DNA of 62,992 nucleotides, filler included, from Chthonomonadaceae bacterium (GTDB taxonomy: Bacteria > Armatimonadota > Chthonomonadetes > Chthonomonadales > Chthonomonadaceae): the NCBI GenBank assembly GCA_035650735.1. It is 4 parts of 4 records of this genome, joined end to end, with 100 filler letters (N's around TTAATTAATTAA, not from the genome) between each part and the next. Parts side by side here need not be neighbours in the genome. Positions count along the whole stretch, not along the records: positions 53,691 to 62,992 come from DASRGZ010000129.1; 3 more parts are not named here. The stretch is one strand, 5' to 3'. This document shows positions 60,769 to 62,992 of this stretch, in pieces. Within the stretch, counting starts at the first letter, position 1. Each line of letters begins with the position of its first letter. Below the pieces are notes generated by a model, which was given only the letters and a program-made list of their open reading frames with translations, was not told the origin of the DNA and searched no databases. Made by a program: the position numbers and the translations under genes.

Positions 60769-61893
60769 TTACCAATCCACGACCGCGCCATCCTCCGGGG
60801 CATAGGTCTGCGGATTCTTCCAGTCCTCCTCCGTGATCTTATCTGCCAGCGCCTCCTCGTCCAGCTCGATGCCCAGGCCCGGTCCCTGCGGCAGCGCGAT
60901 GTAGCCGTCCTGGACGGCAAAAGGCTGTTTCAGGTATCCAACGCCCAGCGAGCCCTGCTCCTGAATGAGGAAGTTGGGAATGGCGGCGTCAAGCTGGAGG
61001 CAGGCCGCCAGCGCTATCGGCCCCAGGGGGCAGTGCGGGGCAATGCCTGCATAGTAGCTCTCGGCCATGCCCGCGATCAGCCGGCACTCGAAGATGCCGC
61101 CCGCGTGCGAAAGATCGGGCTGGAGGATGGAGGCGGCGCGCTGCTCCAGCACTTCCCGGAAGGCCCACTTGGTAAACAGGCGCTCGCCTGTAGCAATCGG
61201 GACATGCGTCTTACGGGCCAGGTCCGCCAGCACCTCCACGTTCTGGCACTGCACCGGCTCTTCGATAAAGAGCGGCTGGTAAGGCTCCAATCCCTTGATG
61301 AGCAGGCCGGCGGTCTGCGGGCTAATGGCCCCATGAAAATCAATGGCAAGGTCTATTTCCTTGCCGACCGCTTCGCGCATCGCCGCAAACGCCGCCACAG
61401 CCCGCTCCACGAAGGCCGGATTTTCGATGAGCCGCGCCGCGCGTCCCCCGGCCCCGCCCGTCTTCAGGGCCGTGTAGCCCTCCTGAGCCCGCGCCTTCGC
61501 ATTGCGGGCCGCCTCCTCCGGCGTGCCGCCCCCGACGCTGCAATACATCCGAATCCGCTCGCGCAGCGGTCCGCCCAGCAGTCGGTAGACGGGCATTCCC
61601 GCCGCCTTCCCGGTCAGATCCCAGAGCGCCTGCTCCACGCCGGAAAGCGCGCTCGTCAGGATAGGGCCGCCGCGATAGAAGGCGTGCCGGTACATCGCCT
61701 GCCAGTGGTGGACAACCCGGGTCGGGTCCTTGCCGATAAGATAGGGTTCGAGCTCGGCCACCGCCTGCGCGCAGGTACGCGCCCGACCTTCCAGGATCGG
61801 CTCTCCCAGGCCGACCAGGCCCTCGTCCGTGTGGATTTTGAGGAACAGCGAGCGCGGCTTAACGAGGAACGTTTCCAGCTTCGTGATCTTCAT
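60769..61893 (-). CDS. dgoD: Galactonate dehydratase (mandelate racemase/enolase superfamily)
   Basis: MKITKLETF, FYRGGPILTSALSG, DFHG, FIEEP, ATGERL, APHCPLGPI, DGAVVDW; start ATG 61893. Confidence 0.92.
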   Translation of the reverse strand: MKITKLETFLVKPRSLFLKIHTDEGLVGLGEPILEGRARTCAQAVAELEPYLIGKDPTRVVHHWQAMYRHAFYRGGPILTSALSGVEQALWDLTGKAAGMPVYRLLGGPLRERIRMYCSVGGGTPEEAARNAKARAQEGYTALKTGGAGGRAARLIENPAFVERAVAAFAAMREAVGKEIDLAIDFHGAISPQTAGLLIKGLEPYQPLFIEEPVQCQNVEVLADLARKTHVPIATGERLFTKWAFREVLEQRAASILQPDLSHAGGIFECRLIAGMAESYYAGIAPHCPLGPIALAACLQLDAAIPNFLIQEQGSLGVGYLKQPFAVQDGYIALPQGPGLGIELDEEALADKITEEDWKNPQTYAPEDGAVVDW

Positions 61894-61933
61894 ATGTCGG
61901 GCAAGCCTCCTTTGACGTCGCGCCTGAGCCGGG

Positions 61934-62686
61934 CTACCTGCCAGACCCGCTGCCCGTGCCCGCAGCGCCTCCGCCGATGCCGGGCCCGGCAGTATTCCCA
62001 CCGCCATTCCACGGCCCGAAGGTGTTGCCGAAGCCGCCGAAGGAGCCGGGGTTTCCGAAGCTGCCCAGCAGGCCGATGCCGTTGAAGTCTCCCAGCAGGC
62101 CGCTGCCCTGGCGCCCGGTTCCGTTATTGCCGCCGAGGATGCCGTAGTTCTGGTAGTTGACCTGAAAGACCTGCCCGCCCAGGGCGGGAACAATGTCCGC
62201 CGGGTCAATATGCAGCAGCGAGATCTTCGTGATCTGCTTCTCTTTCCCCTCTTCGGTTTTGGCCGGGCCGGTCTGGGGCAAGCCTGCCTGGACGTCCGGC
62301 GTCTGCTGTTGTAGCTCAAAGCTGTAGATGTTGTCTTCCATGCGGTACGTGGCGGGGATGCTGCTTGCCTTCAACAGCGTCTCCAGGGCCGTCCGCAGGG
62401 GCACATGGGTCAGGCTGGCCGTCACGACCGCTCCTTGCAGCCTGGCATCCAGGGTGTAGTTCGCGCCAACGCTCTCCATCAGCAGCTTGATCGCCTGGGT
62501 CAACCGTCCGTCCTCGATTTGCAGCGAGACCTTCTTGTTTTCCAGCCGGACCTCGTCTGCGGACTGAGCCTGCGATGCGGCAGGCTGTTGCGCCCGTGCC
62601 GCGAGCGGACCCGCCAGCAGGGACGCGCACGAGAGAGCCGCCATGCCGCCCCACATCCAGGACTGTCTGCGTATCTGCCTTTCCAT
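61934..62686 (-). CDS. Exported protein with secretin N-terminal (STN/N0-like) domain and Gly-rich tail
   Basis: Signal peptide; KKVSLQIED..L.QAIKLL, VTASLTHVPLRTALETLL; no secretin barrel. Confidence 0.7.
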   Translation of the reverse strand: MERQIRRQSWMWGGMAALSCASLLAGPLAARAQQPAASQAQSADEVRLENKKVSLQIEDGRLTQAIKLLMESVGANYTLDARLQGAVVTASLTHVPLRTALETLLKASSIPATYRMEDNIYSFELQQQTPDVQAGLPQTGPAKTEEGKEKQITKISLLHIDPADIVPALGGQVFQVNYQNYGILGGNNGTGRQGSGLLGDFNGIGLLGSFGNPGSFGGFGNTFGPWNGGGNTAGPGIGGGAAGTGSGSGR

Positions 62687-62756
62687 TCCTGATTTTCTCC
62701 TCTCCTCCGGCTGCATCTGATATTTTCTGCCCGATTAGACGAGAGTGCGCAGCGTT

Positions 62757-62869
62757 TAGTTAACCCAAGTTGCTACCTAGGAACACGTTTGAGAGAATCG
62801 CTCTGGAAACCGGCTTTTGCATCACCGTTTGCCTTCTCGAAGAGGCAAGGTAGCAACTTGAGTTAGTTA
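62757..62869. mobile_element. MITE-like element, 101 bp
   Basis: 16-bp TIRs ACCCAAGTTGCTACCT (62763-62778) / AGGTAGCAACTTGAGT (62848-62863), one mismatch, flanked by direct repeat TAGTTA. Confidence 0.8.
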
Positions 62870-62882
62870 CTCCGCTTGCGCT

Positions 62883-62990
62883 TCACTGGTTCCATCCGAG
62901 TCTGCCGTTGAAGGAAACGCTGTAGGTGGCCTGACGGGTGACCATAGCATAGAAGGCCCACACCATCTCCGCGCAATACTCCGCCAGGAT
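62883..62990 (-). CDS. C-terminal end of a gene running in from the window edge
   Basis: Frame with coding-like GC3 bias: ILAEYCAEMVWAFYAMVTRQATYSVSFNGRLGWNQ*. Confidence 0.45.
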   Translation of the reverse strand: MLAEYCAEMVWAFYAMVTRQATYSVSFNGRLGWNQ

Positions 62991-62992
62991 GA

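Noticed and set aside
61894..62319. N-terminal extension of DgoD in the ORF track
   Set aside because: It overlaps the upstream gene in another frame; the real start is ATG 61893 with an AAGGAGG RBS.

Overview
A GC-rich bacterial window from a draft assembly. It is four contigs joined by artificial N/TTAATTAATTAA linkers (18421-18520, 47084-47183, 53591-53690), so genes across those joins are not known neighbours. The gene repertoire (PEP-CTERM, DUF1559 prepilin-like, CRTAC1/FG-GAP, secretins) suggests Armatimonadota or a similar diderm lineage; this is inference. Housekeeping content: zwf, P5C dehydrogenase, comB, panB/panC, nadC, biotin ligase, dgoD and three tRNAs (Thr-CGT, Met-CAT, Asn-GTT). 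Other loci: an ECF sigma cluster, a kdpFABC operon with a split KdpD/kinase/regulator set, a type IV pilus operon with a PilM-PilN fusion, several oxidoreductases, and many intergenic palindromic repeats. Two items stand out. (1) An orphan type I-E-like mini CRISPR array (6170-6463) whose two outermost spacers are built from ~9-nt tandem units and share a perfect 22-bp inverted repeat; it lies immediately upstream of a PEP-CTERM gene. (2) A long attenuator-like leader hairpin ahead of the kdp operon, next to a DUF2294/MpsC gene; the operon's response regulator has no recognisable DNA-binding domain.
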